DNA from: a virus
DNA length: 64,000 nt
Strand: one strand, 5' to 3'
IMG/VR virus record: IMGVR_UViG_3300038393_002936
Below, in pieces: positions 1-8,478 of the stretch; within the stretch, counting starts at the first letter, position 1; each line of letters starts with the position of its first letter. Made by a program: the position numbers and the translations under genes. Below the pieces are notes generated by a model. That model was given only the letters and a program-made list of their open reading frames with translations. It was not told the DNA's origin and ran no database searches.

Positions 1-536
1 AGTTTTCCGCCGGCCTTACGTTTGGCCATAATCAGTCGGCCGGTCCGGCTGTAAGAGGGGTCGGCCCCGCTGAACAGCCCGTACTCGGTCAGCACGACGG
101 TATCCCCGGCGAACAGCAACCACTTGAGCCACTCGACGGGCGACGACTGGCCCTTGGCGTTCGTCGACAGGTAATACGCCCCTTCGGCCCCCAGGGCGTC
201 CCCGAAGTCCTCGCGGATGGCCCCGGCCCACACCCCACCTAGATACTCTCCTGCCGGAGGAATCACCTCAACCCGGGCGGCGACCTGAATGGCCCGGATA
301 ATCGAGGCGACAGCCTCCTTCCCGTCGACCACGCCAAACTCCTCGCGGAGTTGGCCGGCGACGAGCGAGCTGTACTCGGAGGTGGCACGCAGGGCTTCGG
401 CAACGGTCTCGCGGACTTCCGGCAGGAGAGTCTCAGCCAGGGTCCGTAATTTGGGTACGGCCTGCCGCTGGAGCTCAACCAGAATCTGACCGGGGAGGCG
501 GGCAAGGTCGGCGTCGACCGTGACGGTGATGGCCAT
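1..536 (-). CDS. partial putative neck/tail-completion protein (runs off window start)
   Basis: ATG at 536 overlaps the upstream stop; open frame MAITVTVDADL...VEWLKWLLFAGDTVVLTEY...SRTGRLIMAKRK to the window edge; function from position after head genes only. Confidence 0.55.
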   Translation of the reverse strand, partial: MAITVTVDADLARLPGQILVELQRQAVPKLRTLAETLLPEVRETVAEALRATSEYSSLVAGQLREEFGVVDGKEAVASIIRAIQVAARVEVIPPAGEYLGGVWAGAIREDFGDALGAEGAYYLSTNAKGQSSPVEWLKWLLFAGDTVVLTEYGLFSGADPSYSRTGRLIMAKRKAGGK

Positions 537-1027
537 TATGGAGCCCGCTTCCACTGTGTAACGACGAACACACCCTGGACGATGTTCGACACGTCCACGG
601 GGTCGTCGTCCCGGACGTACATCCACCGGGCGACCGCGTCGAGCTCGGGCTGCAACTGGAGCCGCTCGGCGGCCCGGAGTTTAGGGAGGTCCGTTAAATA
701 CCCCTTGGTCTGAATGGTCCCGTCGGGAATCTGGACGTTCGGCGGGGGCTTTTTCCAGAAGTCCTTGGGGTGGACGGCCACGCCCATCTTGAGCGTCTCG
801 GTCACCTCCTTCGCCCGGAACCCGTTCCCCCCGCACAGCGGGCAGGTCGTCACGTCGCCGGGCGGGGCCGGGCCGCCGCTCAGCCAGACGTTCCCCGCAC
901 ACCCGCACGCCTCCTGGGTCGGCGGATAAAACAACTTGCAGTTCTTGCCCAGCTCGGTAATCAGGTCCTCCAGGGCCTGCTGGGTGACCGATTTGATGGC
1001 CGGAGTGAGAGTGAAGAGAACTCCCAT
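536..1027 (-). CDS. putative head-closure/adaptor protein with Zn-finger
   Basis: ORF 536..1129 trimmed to MGVLFTLTP; CxC...CPLCGGNG motif; located in head-completion cluster. Confidence 0.55.
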   Translation of the reverse strand: MGVLFTLTPAIKSVTQQALEDLITELGKNCKLFYPPTQEACGCAGNVWLSGGPAPPGDVTTCPLCGGNGFRAKEVTETLKMGVAVHPKDFWKKPPPNVQIPDGTIQTKGYLTDLPKLRAAERLQLQPELDAVARWMYVRDDDPVDVSNIVQGVFVVTQWKRAP

Positions 1028-1064
1028 TGTTGCTCGCTTCGCTCGCCGTCGAACAAAGTTCGAC

Positions 1065-1295
1065 TCAAGAAGTTGCCGGGCCCCCGGGCCGTTCCCACCC
1101 GTCCGTACCGCCCACTTTGAATCGGGCATCGAGCGTCGTGCCGAGCCCAGGGTCGGTCATCCCATCGACTACCGCGAAGGTCCGGTCCAGTTCGTAATCG
1201 GTGGAACTGGCCGACGGCCCGCCCTCGGGGGCCAGGATGGTCGCCCGGACCTGGTCAATCGTTTTCTTGGAGTCGTCGTGGTAGTAGATTGGCAT
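1065..1295 (-). CDS. hypothetical protein
   Basis: MPIYYHDDSKK ORF filling the gap in the late operon. Confidence 0.45.
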   Translation of the reverse strand: MPIYYHDDSKKTIDQVRATILAPEGGPSASSTDYELDRTFAVVDGMTDPGLGTTLDARFKVGGTDGWERPGGPATS

Positions 1296-1309
1296 TTGTC
1301 CCACCCGCG

Positions 1310-1834
1310 TTAGCGGGTGCCCCACCTATAAATCCCGGCCGTCCCGAACGGCATGTCGGTCCCGTACCCGCTGAACAGCCGGAACGGGCTGACCACCGCG
1401 GCCCCGGTCTGGACCCCCCGCTGGCTGACCAAGTACTGTTCCCGCATGTCCTGGTAGACCGCGTTCCACCCCTTCAGCATCAAATCGAGTTTGGCGGTGA
1501 AGGCGGCCCGCAGGTCGACCTCGCTCGCCCCGTCGCGGACCCGGATGGCCTGGTCGGCGGCGGCGGTCGCACTCCCCCGGTCGATAATCCCGGCCGTCTT
1601 GACCGTGACCAGGTCCACGAAATTGTCGTCGGGTTGGGCCAGCAGCGTGGGGTCCGGGTCAATCGTCCGGCCGACCACATCGACCGTGAAGGCGGTCGGA
1701 AAATCCACGTCGAAAATGACGAGCCGGGCACCCACGCACAGGGCCTGGGTCAGGTCGTCGTTGCTGTACTTGGTGGACGCGCGGTCGCTCACGTACCACC
1801 GCAGCATCGGAATCATCACGTCGGTCCAGGCCAC
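1310..1834 (-). CDS. putative head-tail connector protein
   Basis: 174 aa directly downstream of MCP; helical 'MLRWYVSD...KYSNDDLTQAL' start typical of gp15/gp6-like adaptors. Confidence 0.6.
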   Translation of the reverse strand: MAWTDVMIPMLRWYVSDRASTKYSNDDLTQALCVGARLVIFDVDFPTAFTVDVVGRTIDPDPTLLAQPDDNFVDLVTVKTAGIIDRGSATAAADQAIRVRDGASEVDLRAAFTAKLDLMLKGWNAVYQDMREQYLVSQRGVQTGAAVVSPFRLFSGYGTDMPFGTAGIYRWGTR

Positions 1835-1901
1835 GGTCAGCGGGCCTCCCCCGGCGTCCCCAGCAACACAATCAGTACGAACATGGTGGCTCTCCTGCCG
1901 G

Positions 1902-1913
1902 ACTCATACACCA
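1902..1913 (-). promoter_or_regulatory. candidate late promoter motif TGGTGTATGAGT
   Basis: identical 12-mer upstream of portal (8477-8488); GTGTAT core also at 6211-6219 and 14769-14776. Confidence 0.5.
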
Positions 1914-1940
1914 CACTCGCTCTGCTCGTGTGGGCGGCAC

Positions 1941-1975
1941 AAAACGAAGGGGCCGGGCGTTTCGTGCCCGGCCCC
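1941..1975 (-). terminator. intrinsic terminator after major capsid gene
   Basis: minus strand GGGGCCGGGCAC-GAA-ACGCCCGGCCCC followed by TTCGTTTT. Confidence 0.7.
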
Positions 1976-2002
1976 ACGAGGCGACATTCTAATTTATGTC
2001 TG

Positions 2003-3037
2003 TTAGATGGCCCCGACGAGCACTCTCCGCCCGTCACAACACAACCAGCCGTTTTCTCCGTACAGATAATACGACTGTCGCCGCTGCCGCTTGAACCCCT
2101 CGTCTTCCTCAACCGTCGGCTCCTGCCGGACCGGGTTCATGAACACCCCGTCGTGGGAGAGGTCGAGCCCGACAACCAGTTCGAGCTTGGTCTGGGACGA
2201 GTTATCGCCCGTGTAGGTGTAGGTCGGAAGGCTTCCACCCAGGGTGTTCAGGTAATACTGCTGGAACTCCTGTCCGAGCCCGAGTTCGTCCAGGGACCGA
2301 ATCTCGGTCCCGAAAACCTTCATCCGGTCGAGGTCCTCGGCGTCGTAGATGTCCCGCCGGGTCCACGGGTCGAGGGTCTCGACGCCCCACGACCGAATGT
2401 CGCCCATCGCCTCGGGGCTGGTGTACAGCCGGTCGAGCCGCCCGCGGTTGACGCTCGTGCTGTTCCCCCCGGCCTGCCGCCGCATGATAATCTTCATGAG
2501 CTCGACCTGCCGCTTGGTGAAATACCCGGGCTTGGCGGCGTCGTCGTACACGGTCAGGAACCGGTTGTAGCCGGCGGCCAGGAGCACCCGCCAGGCATCG
2601 CTGTTCTTCTTGCGGGTGACCCCGCCCTCGAGCACCTCGAGGGCTCGCCCGACGATATTCCAACGGGCGTCGCGAGCGTACTTGGTGGCGAAGTCGATGC
2701 TCGAGCCGTACTCGTAGGTCGGGACCACAATGTAGTCGCCGTCCACGTGCCGCTCGGGAATCCGCCCCTGGGCCGGGACCGTGTAGGCGACGTGGTCGAC
2801 TTCGGTCCCAGGAGTGAGGAAATCCAGCGGATATTCGGCCGAGACGCCGGGTTGGAGCTTTTCCTCTTCGAAAACGTCGGACGAGATGTCGCCCTTGAGC
2901 ACGCCCTGCCTCAGGACAGGTGTGAGGGCCCTGGCCAGTTCGTACCGGCCTTGGGCGGCGACGGCCCGGTCGTCGCTCCCCGCCCGCTTCAGCAGGGCAG
3001 TCATCAGCGGGCCGGGTTCGCTCGAAAAACGGGCCAT
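2003..3037 (-). CDS. major capsid protein (HK97-like)
   Basis: 344 aa; order portal-protease/scaffold-decoration-MCP; followed by a strong terminator; AGGAG RBS. Confidence 0.8.
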   Translation of the reverse strand: MARFSSEPGPLMTALLKRAGSDDRAVAAQGRYELARALTPVLRQGVLKGDISSDVFEEEKLQPGVSAEYPLDFLTPGTEVDHVAYTVPAQGRIPERHVDGDYIVVPTYEYGSSIDFATKYARDARWNIVGRALEVLEGGVTRKKNSDAWRVLLAAGYNRFLTVYDDAAKPGYFTKRQVELMKIIMRRQAGGNSTSVNRGRLDRLYTSPEAMGDIRSWGVETLDPWTRRDIYDAEDLDRMKVFGTEIRSLDELGLGQEFQQYYLNTLGGSLPTYTYTGDNSSQTKLELVVGLDLSHDGVFMNPVRQEPTVEEDEGFKRQRRQSYYLYGENGWLCCDGRRVLVGAI

Positions 3038-3095
3038 GTTACCAAAACTCCTATTGTATGAAGTCAGTTTTATTTGTTAGTGTGAGCCGCAGGCC

Positions 3096-3563
3096 TCACG
3101 GCACCTTGATGGTGACGATGGCGAACCCGTCGGTCCCCTTGCCGGTCTGAAAATACCCGACCGCCGGGATGCTGTTGACCTGCGAGTTCTGAATCTGGCC
3201 GTTGCTGCCGAGGTACGCGGTGTCGCCGGCCGTCGGGGTCCCGCTCACCTGATTGGTCCGGACCCACCCGTCCTTGAGAATCGCCACGTTCTCGCCAACG
3301 AGCTGTTCGGTCCGCTGGAAGTTCCGGTGCTGGCGGGTCGGGTCGATGTTGACCACGTAATCCATCAGGATGCCCAGCACGCGGGTGCCCGAGGCCGGGG
3401 TGCCCGAGCCGGGGGCGGCCACGGGAGCACTATCGTTGATGCCGGGGCTGACCCCGCGGCCCCCCGACTGCGACGGGAGGACCATCACGACCCCCTGCTC
3501 CGCCGCAACATTGCAGATGTGTCGGATGTCGGTGATGTAAACGGCGCGGTCGCCCTTGAGCAC
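3096..3563 (-). CDS. capsid decoration/cement protein
   Basis: 155 aa beta-rich, 'GTPTAGDTAYLGSNG' motif, between scaffold and MCP. Confidence 0.65.
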   Translation of the reverse strand: MLKGDRAVYITDIRHICNVAAEQGVVMVLPSQSGGRGVSPGINDSAPVAAPGSGTPASGTRVLGILMDYVVNIDPTRQHRNFQRTEQLVGENVAILKDGWVRTNQVSGTPTAGDTAYLGSNGQIQNSQVNSIPAVGYFQTGKGTDGFAIVTIKVP

Positions 3564-3575
3564 GGCTATCTCCTG

Positions 3576-5192
3576 TTACTTGACGTTGTTCTTGGTCTTC
3601 TTGCGGGCGGAAGCCCGGGTGGCCTTACCGGGACGTTTGCCGTCGCCCGGGGCGTCCTGGTCGTCGCCGTCCGGGTCGTCACCCGGGTCCTTGTGGCCGA
3701 AGTAGTTCAGCATTTCCGAGGCGAGGGCCTGGGCCGCGTCGTCGGCGGTCGCGGTCGAAGTGGCCGTCAGGTCGACCTGGGTTTCAGCCGGCTTCTGGGT
3801 GGCGGAGGTAACGGCGGCAGCAGCAGCCGCAGCCTTTTCGGCCTCGGTGGGTTGGACCGCAGGGGCGGGCGGCGGGGGAGCAACAGCGACCCCCTTCTTG
3901 AGTTCAGTAATCGTCGCGAGATGAGCCGCGAAGGCCTCGTCCGGCAGGGAAGCGAGGGTGGTGACCGTGGCCAGGGCCTTTTCGTCGCTCTCGAACCCGT
4001 ACGCGGTCCGGACCTGGACAACCCGGTCGGCCTGCTTGCGGGCGGCTTCGGCCTTCGCGGTCTCTTCCTTCACCTTGTCCAGCTGGGCGGCGAGTTCGGC
4101 CTTGGCGGCTTCGGTCGTCGCGAGGGCCGTCTTGGCGGCGGTCAGTTCCGCGTCCTTGGCGACCAGCCCGGCCTTGGCCGTCTCGAGGTCGGCCGCAATC
4201 GCGGTCTTGGCCGCGGTCAGGTCTTGGACCTGTTTCTCGAAGTTCGCCTGGCGGGCCTCGTCCAGCTTCTTGTTGGCCTCGGCAAGCTCGGCCTTAAGTT
4301 TATCAAGCTCGTTCACTGATACTTCCTTTTGGTCGGCTTTATTATTGCCGCTGGCAGTCTCATACCCCGACACGGAAAAAACTTTCGAAATTTTCTTGGC
4401 GGTCGCCCCGGAGGTCGGGGGCAGGATGACCGACTGAGGGTTCGCCGGCACCCGGACGAGCCCTACGCCCGAGAACGTCAGGTTCTTAAAGACACGAAGA
4501 ACCCGGCGGTCCCGATACTTGCCGGTCCCGCCGTAAGCCCTCAAATGTTTGGTCAAAAAGGCGGTCGAGTCGTTGCGTTCGACGAGTTCGGCGTCGGCGG
4601 TCGCGATGGCTGTTCCGTCGGAGCCGGCGGGCTTCGCCAGCAAATAATCGAACCCGCGGAACCGGCACTCCATCGAGACGAACCAGGCGTTCTCGGGGGT
4701 GGGATTATCCAACTCCGCAATCGCCCGGTTCATCCACTCCTGGCGGTCGGGGTAGCCCGGCCAGTGCCGGTACAGAACCGCGGAGCCGCCGACGTGAAAG
4801 GCGTCGGGAGCACTGTCGCCTGTGAAAACCGAGCCGTCCTCGGCGAGCACGCGAGCGGCGGTCATATGCCCGATGACCACGGCCGCCTTGTGTTCTTCGT
4901 TGAAGGGTTTGTCAACGGGGGACTGTCGAGCACCCCAGGTCTCGGCGGTCGTGAAAAAGTCGTCGTTCAGGTTGGCCCCGGTCGAGGCCAACACGAAATC
5001 AATCGGGTACAGGTCCGGCAGGGAAAGGTTGGTGCCCGAACCCGCGGTGGCCCTCAACCGGTCGAGCGTGTCCTGGTTGACTTCCCTGCCGGAAAAGACA
5101 GCCCGACTGGCGGTGCAGACGGACGCACTGGCGAGGATGAGGGGCTCGAGGCCGGCGTCGATTTCGTCGCGAAAAACCGTCACGGAGTCCAC
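3576..5192 (-). CDS. prohead protease-scaffold fusion
   Basis: N-terminal 'NLNDDFF...PFNEEH...IGH...VSMEC...FSGVGLVRVPANP' protease-like domain plus Ala/Lys/Glu-rich coiled-coil C-terminus. Confidence 0.75.
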   Translation of the reverse strand: MDSVTVFRDEIDAGLEPLILASASVCTASRAVFSGREVNQDTLDRLRATAGSGTNLSLPDLYPIDFVLASTGANLNDDFFTTAETWGARQSPVDKPFNEEHKAAVVIGHMTAARVLAEDGSVFTGDSAPDAFHVGGSAVLYRHWPGYPDRQEWMNRAIAELDNPTPENAWFVSMECRFRGFDYLLAKPAGSDGTAIATADAELVERNDSTAFLTKHLRAYGGTGKYRDRRVLRVFKNLTFSGVGLVRVPANPQSVILPPTSGATAKKISKVFSVSGYETASGNNKADQKEVSVNELDKLKAELAEANKKLDEARQANFEKQVQDLTAAKTAIAADLETAKAGLVAKDAELTAAKTALATTEAAKAELAAQLDKVKEETAKAEAARKQADRVVQVRTAYGFESDEKALATVTTLASLPDEAFAAHLATITELKKGVAVAPPPPAPAVQPTEAEKAAAAAAAVTSATQKPAETQVDLTATSTATADDAAQALASEMLNYFGHKDPGDDPDGDDQDAPGDGKRPGKATRASARKKTKNNVK

Positions 5193-5199
5193 GGCACCC

Positions 5200-5544
5200 T
5201 CAATTGGTCCACTCGGGCAACTCGACCGTCTGCCCCTTCAGGTCGTGCGAGCAATCGTCAAGAAATCGAATCCGACCGTCCGTCACGAACGAATGGCACC
5301 GCGGCGTGTTGGTGACGTTGTCCGGCGAGGTGAGGGCTTCGCCCTGAAGGTCGTGGTCGACAAACGTCGGGTGCGGGCGAGCCAAGATGGACGGTATGAA
5401 CGTCGGCCGGTCGTCGCTCCCGTTCCAATCCCAGAAGAACTTGTCGGCGGCCCCGTCTTCCCGGACCGCAACGCCGTGGGCAGTCTTGCACCCCGGGCAC
5501 TTGAACATCCGGAGGCCGGGACACGGGCGGCGGAGCTTGGCCAT
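5200..5544 (-). CDS. DUF6527-like Zn-binding protein
   Basis: CPGC..H, WDWNGS..PTFIPSIL, RCHSFVTDGRIRFLDDCSH motifs. Confidence 0.7.
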   Translation of the reverse strand: MAKLRRPCPGLRMFKCPGCKTAHGVAVREDGAADKFFWDWNGSDDRPTFIPSILARPHPTFVDHDLQGEALTSPDNVTNTPRCHSFVTDGRIRFLDDCSHDLKGQTVELPEWTN

Positions 5545-5559
5545 AATAATGAACCTCCC

Positions 5560-5862
5560 TCAGCAACTCGTGTACGTGCCGTTGGTCAACCAGCCGTGCC
5601 ACCCACAACAACCTTGACAGTTGATAGAGGGCCGAAGTGTCAAAGCGTCCGGCGTACCCGTCATTTCCCAGCTCGGGGACTTCGCCGGCTTGGGATTGCC
5701 GACCCGCATGCCGCTCACCCGGCCGCAGCCGGGGCAGGCGAGAATTGCGAGTTCGCCGGACAACTCGAAAGTCCCGGGTTCGGCGTAGTCCGGATACCAG
5801 TCGGCATCAGGGAACACGACAGGTACGGCCTTCAGGTTCGTCCGCTTCGGGTCAACGGTCAC
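5560..5862 (-). CDS. DUF6527-like Zn-binding protein (second copy)
   Basis: LACPGCG...W...LTLRPSINCQGCCGWHGWLTNG; GTG start next to the upstream stop. Confidence 0.65.
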   Translation of the reverse strand: MTVDPKRTNLKAVPVVFPDADWYPDYAEPGTFELSGELAILACPGCGRVSGMRVGNPKPAKSPSWEMTGTPDALTLRPSINCQGCCGWHGWLTNGTYTSC

Positions 5863-5863
5863 G

Positions 5864-6193
5864 TCAGTCCCGCTTAAAAAACGACAGGAGCTCGTCGGCC
5901 AGCCCGTCATCACCGAAGGCTTCTGTTGCCGTCACGAACCCCGCCACAGAAGGCTTCCCCCCGGCGGAGGCGAGAGCCCGGCCCTTTTCGGTGTCGGCCG
6001 CGACCGTCCGGTGGACCTGCCGGTAATCCTCGTCGTCGTTCTCGTCGACCTGACAAATTTCGAGACTGTAGTCGTCCCGGCTGCCGTAGGGCAGGTAAAT
6101 ATTGACACTGTTGACATTCTCGAGAGCCTTGCCGTCCACCGAGCACGCCAGCGTCTTGTCGACCGTATCAAATTCAATTGCAATTTTGGCCAT
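5864..6193 (-). CDS. small acidic hypothetical protein
   Basis: ORF with GAGGA RBS, contiguous in the late operon. Confidence 0.65.
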   Translation of the reverse strand: MAKIAIEFDTVDKTLACSVDGKALENVNSVNIYLPYGSRDDYSLEICQVDENDDEDYRQVHRTVAADTEKGRALASAGGKPSVAGFVTATEAFGDDGLADELLSFFKRD

Positions 6194-6195
6194 TT

Positions 6196-8433
6196 TTATT
6201 CCTCGTCCTCACATACACCGTCGTCGTCGTCGAACGTGACAAGTGCGTACGCCATCGCCCGCAACTGGCGGGTCTGGTCGGCGGCCGGAGGCTTCCCGTA
6301 TTCGGCCACGTGCCGGGCGACCGCGGTCTGAACCAGTTGGTCGACGGCCGGGAATACGCGGGGGCCGGCGGCGAGAGCGGCCCGAACACTCTCGGGGCTG
6401 GCCGGCGAATTGACCGCGTGAGCACACAGGACGCCCAACTTGACCCGCTCGAAGGCCTCGGCGTCGGCGTCCGTCAGTTCCCGGGCGGTCTTGAGTCCCT
6501 TGGCGGCCAACAGAGACGGCCGGAGGACCTCGTCGACCGTCTTGAGGGTCGCGTCGGCCCACAACGAGGCCCGAGCCAGGGCGGCCGAAGCCTGTTTGGG
6601 AGCCGGTCGCTTGGTCTTACGTTTGGCCTGGTCTTTGGACCCGGCCGGTCGCCCGTTCGGCTTGGGGTTTTTCTTGTCGCCTGACGGCGCACCTCCGGCA
6701 GGTCGGCTTCGCCGACGTGAGCTTTGCTCACCAGGAGAGGGAGCAGTAGGACGCTTGGCCGGGGGAACCTCGCCGGGCTTGGGCGGGGGCAAGTCGAGCC
6801 CGACCTGGGACGGGGTCACCTCGCCCTGGCCCAATAGGGTCTGGTGAAGCTTCGCTTTTTGCTGAGAGTCCTGGTGGTACGGCCCGGCCTTCGGCGGCAA
6901 AGCCCCCTGCTCCCGCTTCCGCCCTTCCTGCCGGATACGGGCCTGCTCGATGTCGGGGTCGGCCCCGAACCGCTGCTGGACGTAGGTCGCACTGATGACA
7001 TCGCGGTCGATGAGGTCCCTCAACAGGGCCTTCTCGGCGGCATCGTCGGACAGGTCGGGGACCGCGAACGACAGGCTGAACGGCTGGCGGAACCCGAACG
7101 TCTGCCGGAGAATCTCGAGCTCGCCCAGCCAGAACTGCGAGAGCACCATCCGGGCGTACTGGAGTCGTTCGACGAGCACCCGCAGGGACACAAAATTGTT
7201 CGTCATCCCGGCGTCGGTCATCGCCCCGGTCAGGGTCGGCGGGACCCCCAGGCCGATGAACAGGTTCTGCATGGTCTGGGCGTACTTGTCCTTGCCCAGG
7301 AACCGGTAGATTTCCGTGCCGGTCTCGACCAGTTCGAGGTCGGGGCCCCAGACCAGGTCCATGCACCCGCCGCCGGTCGAGTGCAGGAGGATGTCCGCCA
7401 GCATTTGGCAGGCTTCCTGGTTCGGGATAATCTCCTTGTCGAGGTTCCCGAGCTTCCACACGCGGACGTGCGAGATGGCCCCGTCGAGGGCACTGCGGTC
7501 CGCCATCCGCAGCTTCTCGAACATCTGGAGGTCGTCCAAAACCGCGTTCAAAAGCGGCGTGGCCCAGACCTCGTCGTCGTCCTTCTTGTACTGCAAAATA
7601 ACGGTTTTGTTGGGTTCGAGCGGGACCCACTTGTCGTTGACCATCCGCTGCCGGAGGGCGGCCGGGATGCGGCTAACTAGCTGCTTGTCGGCGACACTCC
7701 GCGGGGTCGTGATGCGTTTGAGGAGGGAGTCCGGCGGACGGACCGCGTACGTGACGACGTCGTCGCCAATGAACTGGGCCAGTTCCCCGCCGATGGCCTC
7801 GACGGTGACCGGGTTCAGGACCTTGTAGCCGACCGGAATCTCGCCCGGGGGTAATTTCGTCCTATCGGAACCATTATCGGCCCCCACCGCCGCAACAGCC
7901 CGTAAGGAGGCTATGTCGTTATTGGCCAGTTTGGCAGTTCGACGCCTGATGGGGGCGACGGCTTCACGGAAAAGTCGACGGACAATCCGGTCGCTCACAC
8001 CGGCGATATCGGCTTTTTTGGCCCACTCTCGCCCCCACGCCTGGACCTTGGCGGCCGGGTGAACGACCTGGATTCCCTTGTTCACGAAATCCGTCATCAT
8101 GTCGACGGTATTGCGTACAATGGAGAATCGCTTATAGGCCATCTGGCAGGCGGACTGTATCCCGTGAACTTCGGTCGGGAGCCGCTCGCCCGGCCGGAAA
8201 AAGTCGTAATCCTCGCGGTTGAACCCGTCACGGACCGAGATGCCCGGCTTGTCGATGTTCCGGAACGTACCGATGGCGGTCGCCCGTTCGGCGCCCTGGG
8301 CACTGCGGCTGGCGACGGCCCCGTACCCGACCGCGGCGGCGTTCAGAGCGGCCTGCTTGCCCTTCACGTCGCTGGACTTAAAGGTCTGGTAAAGCGGGCG
8401 TTCGGGACTGTTTTCGGGGCGAGTTCTGCGCAT
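6196..8433 (-). CDS. portal protein with C-terminal extension
   Basis: directly downstream of TerL; 'IVRNTVDMMTDF', 'YKKDDDEVWATPLL', 'GLGVPPTLTG' segments; start could be the GTG at 8478. Confidence 0.8.
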   Translation of the reverse strand: MRRTRPENSPERPLYQTFKSSDVKGKQAALNAAAVGYGAVASRSAQGAERATAIGTFRNIDKPGISVRDGFNREDYDFFRPGERLPTEVHGIQSACQMAYKRFSIVRNTVDMMTDFVNKGIQVVHPAAKVQAWGREWAKKADIAGVSDRIVRRLFREAVAPIRRRTAKLANNDIASLRAVAAVGADNGSDRTKLPPGEIPVGYKVLNPVTVEAIGGELAQFIGDDVVTYAVRPPDSLLKRITTPRSVADKQLVSRIPAALRQRMVNDKWVPLEPNKTVILQYKKDDDEVWATPLLNAVLDDLQMFEKLRMADRSALDGAISHVRVWKLGNLDKEIIPNQEACQMLADILLHSTGGGCMDLVWGPDLELVETGTEIYRFLGKDKYAQTMQNLFIGLGVPPTLTGAMTDAGMTNNFVSLRVLVERLQYARMVLSQFWLGELEILRQTFGFRQPFSLSFAVPDLSDDAAEKALLRDLIDRDVISATYVQQRFGADPDIEQARIRQEGRKREQGALPPKAGPYHQDSQQKAKLHQTLLGQGEVTPSQVGLDLPPPKPGEVPPAKRPTAPSPGEQSSRRRSRPAGGAPSGDKKNPKPNGRPAGSKDQAKRKTKRPAPKQASAALARASLWADATLKTVDEVLRPSLLAAKGLKTARELTDADAEAFERVKLGVLCAHAVNSPASPESVRAALAAGPRVFPAVDQLVQTAVARHVAEYGKPPAADQTRQLRAMAYALVTFDDDDGVCEDEE
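6694..6741 (+). repeat. motif A split by two 15-nt hairpins, inside portal CDS
   Basis: TCCGGCAG GTCGGC-TTC-GCCGAC GTGAGC-TTT-GCTCAC CAGGAGAGGG. Confidence 0.75.
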
Positions 8434-8478
8434 TCCAACTACGTTGTGTTTACAGTTCCACTGTGGGTTGACGCCCAC

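Noticed and set aside
1289-5877. Long plus-strand ORFs (1289..3061, 3327..4319, 4329..5315, 4822..5877)
   Set aside because: Antisense shadows of GC-rich structural genes with no recognisable motifs.
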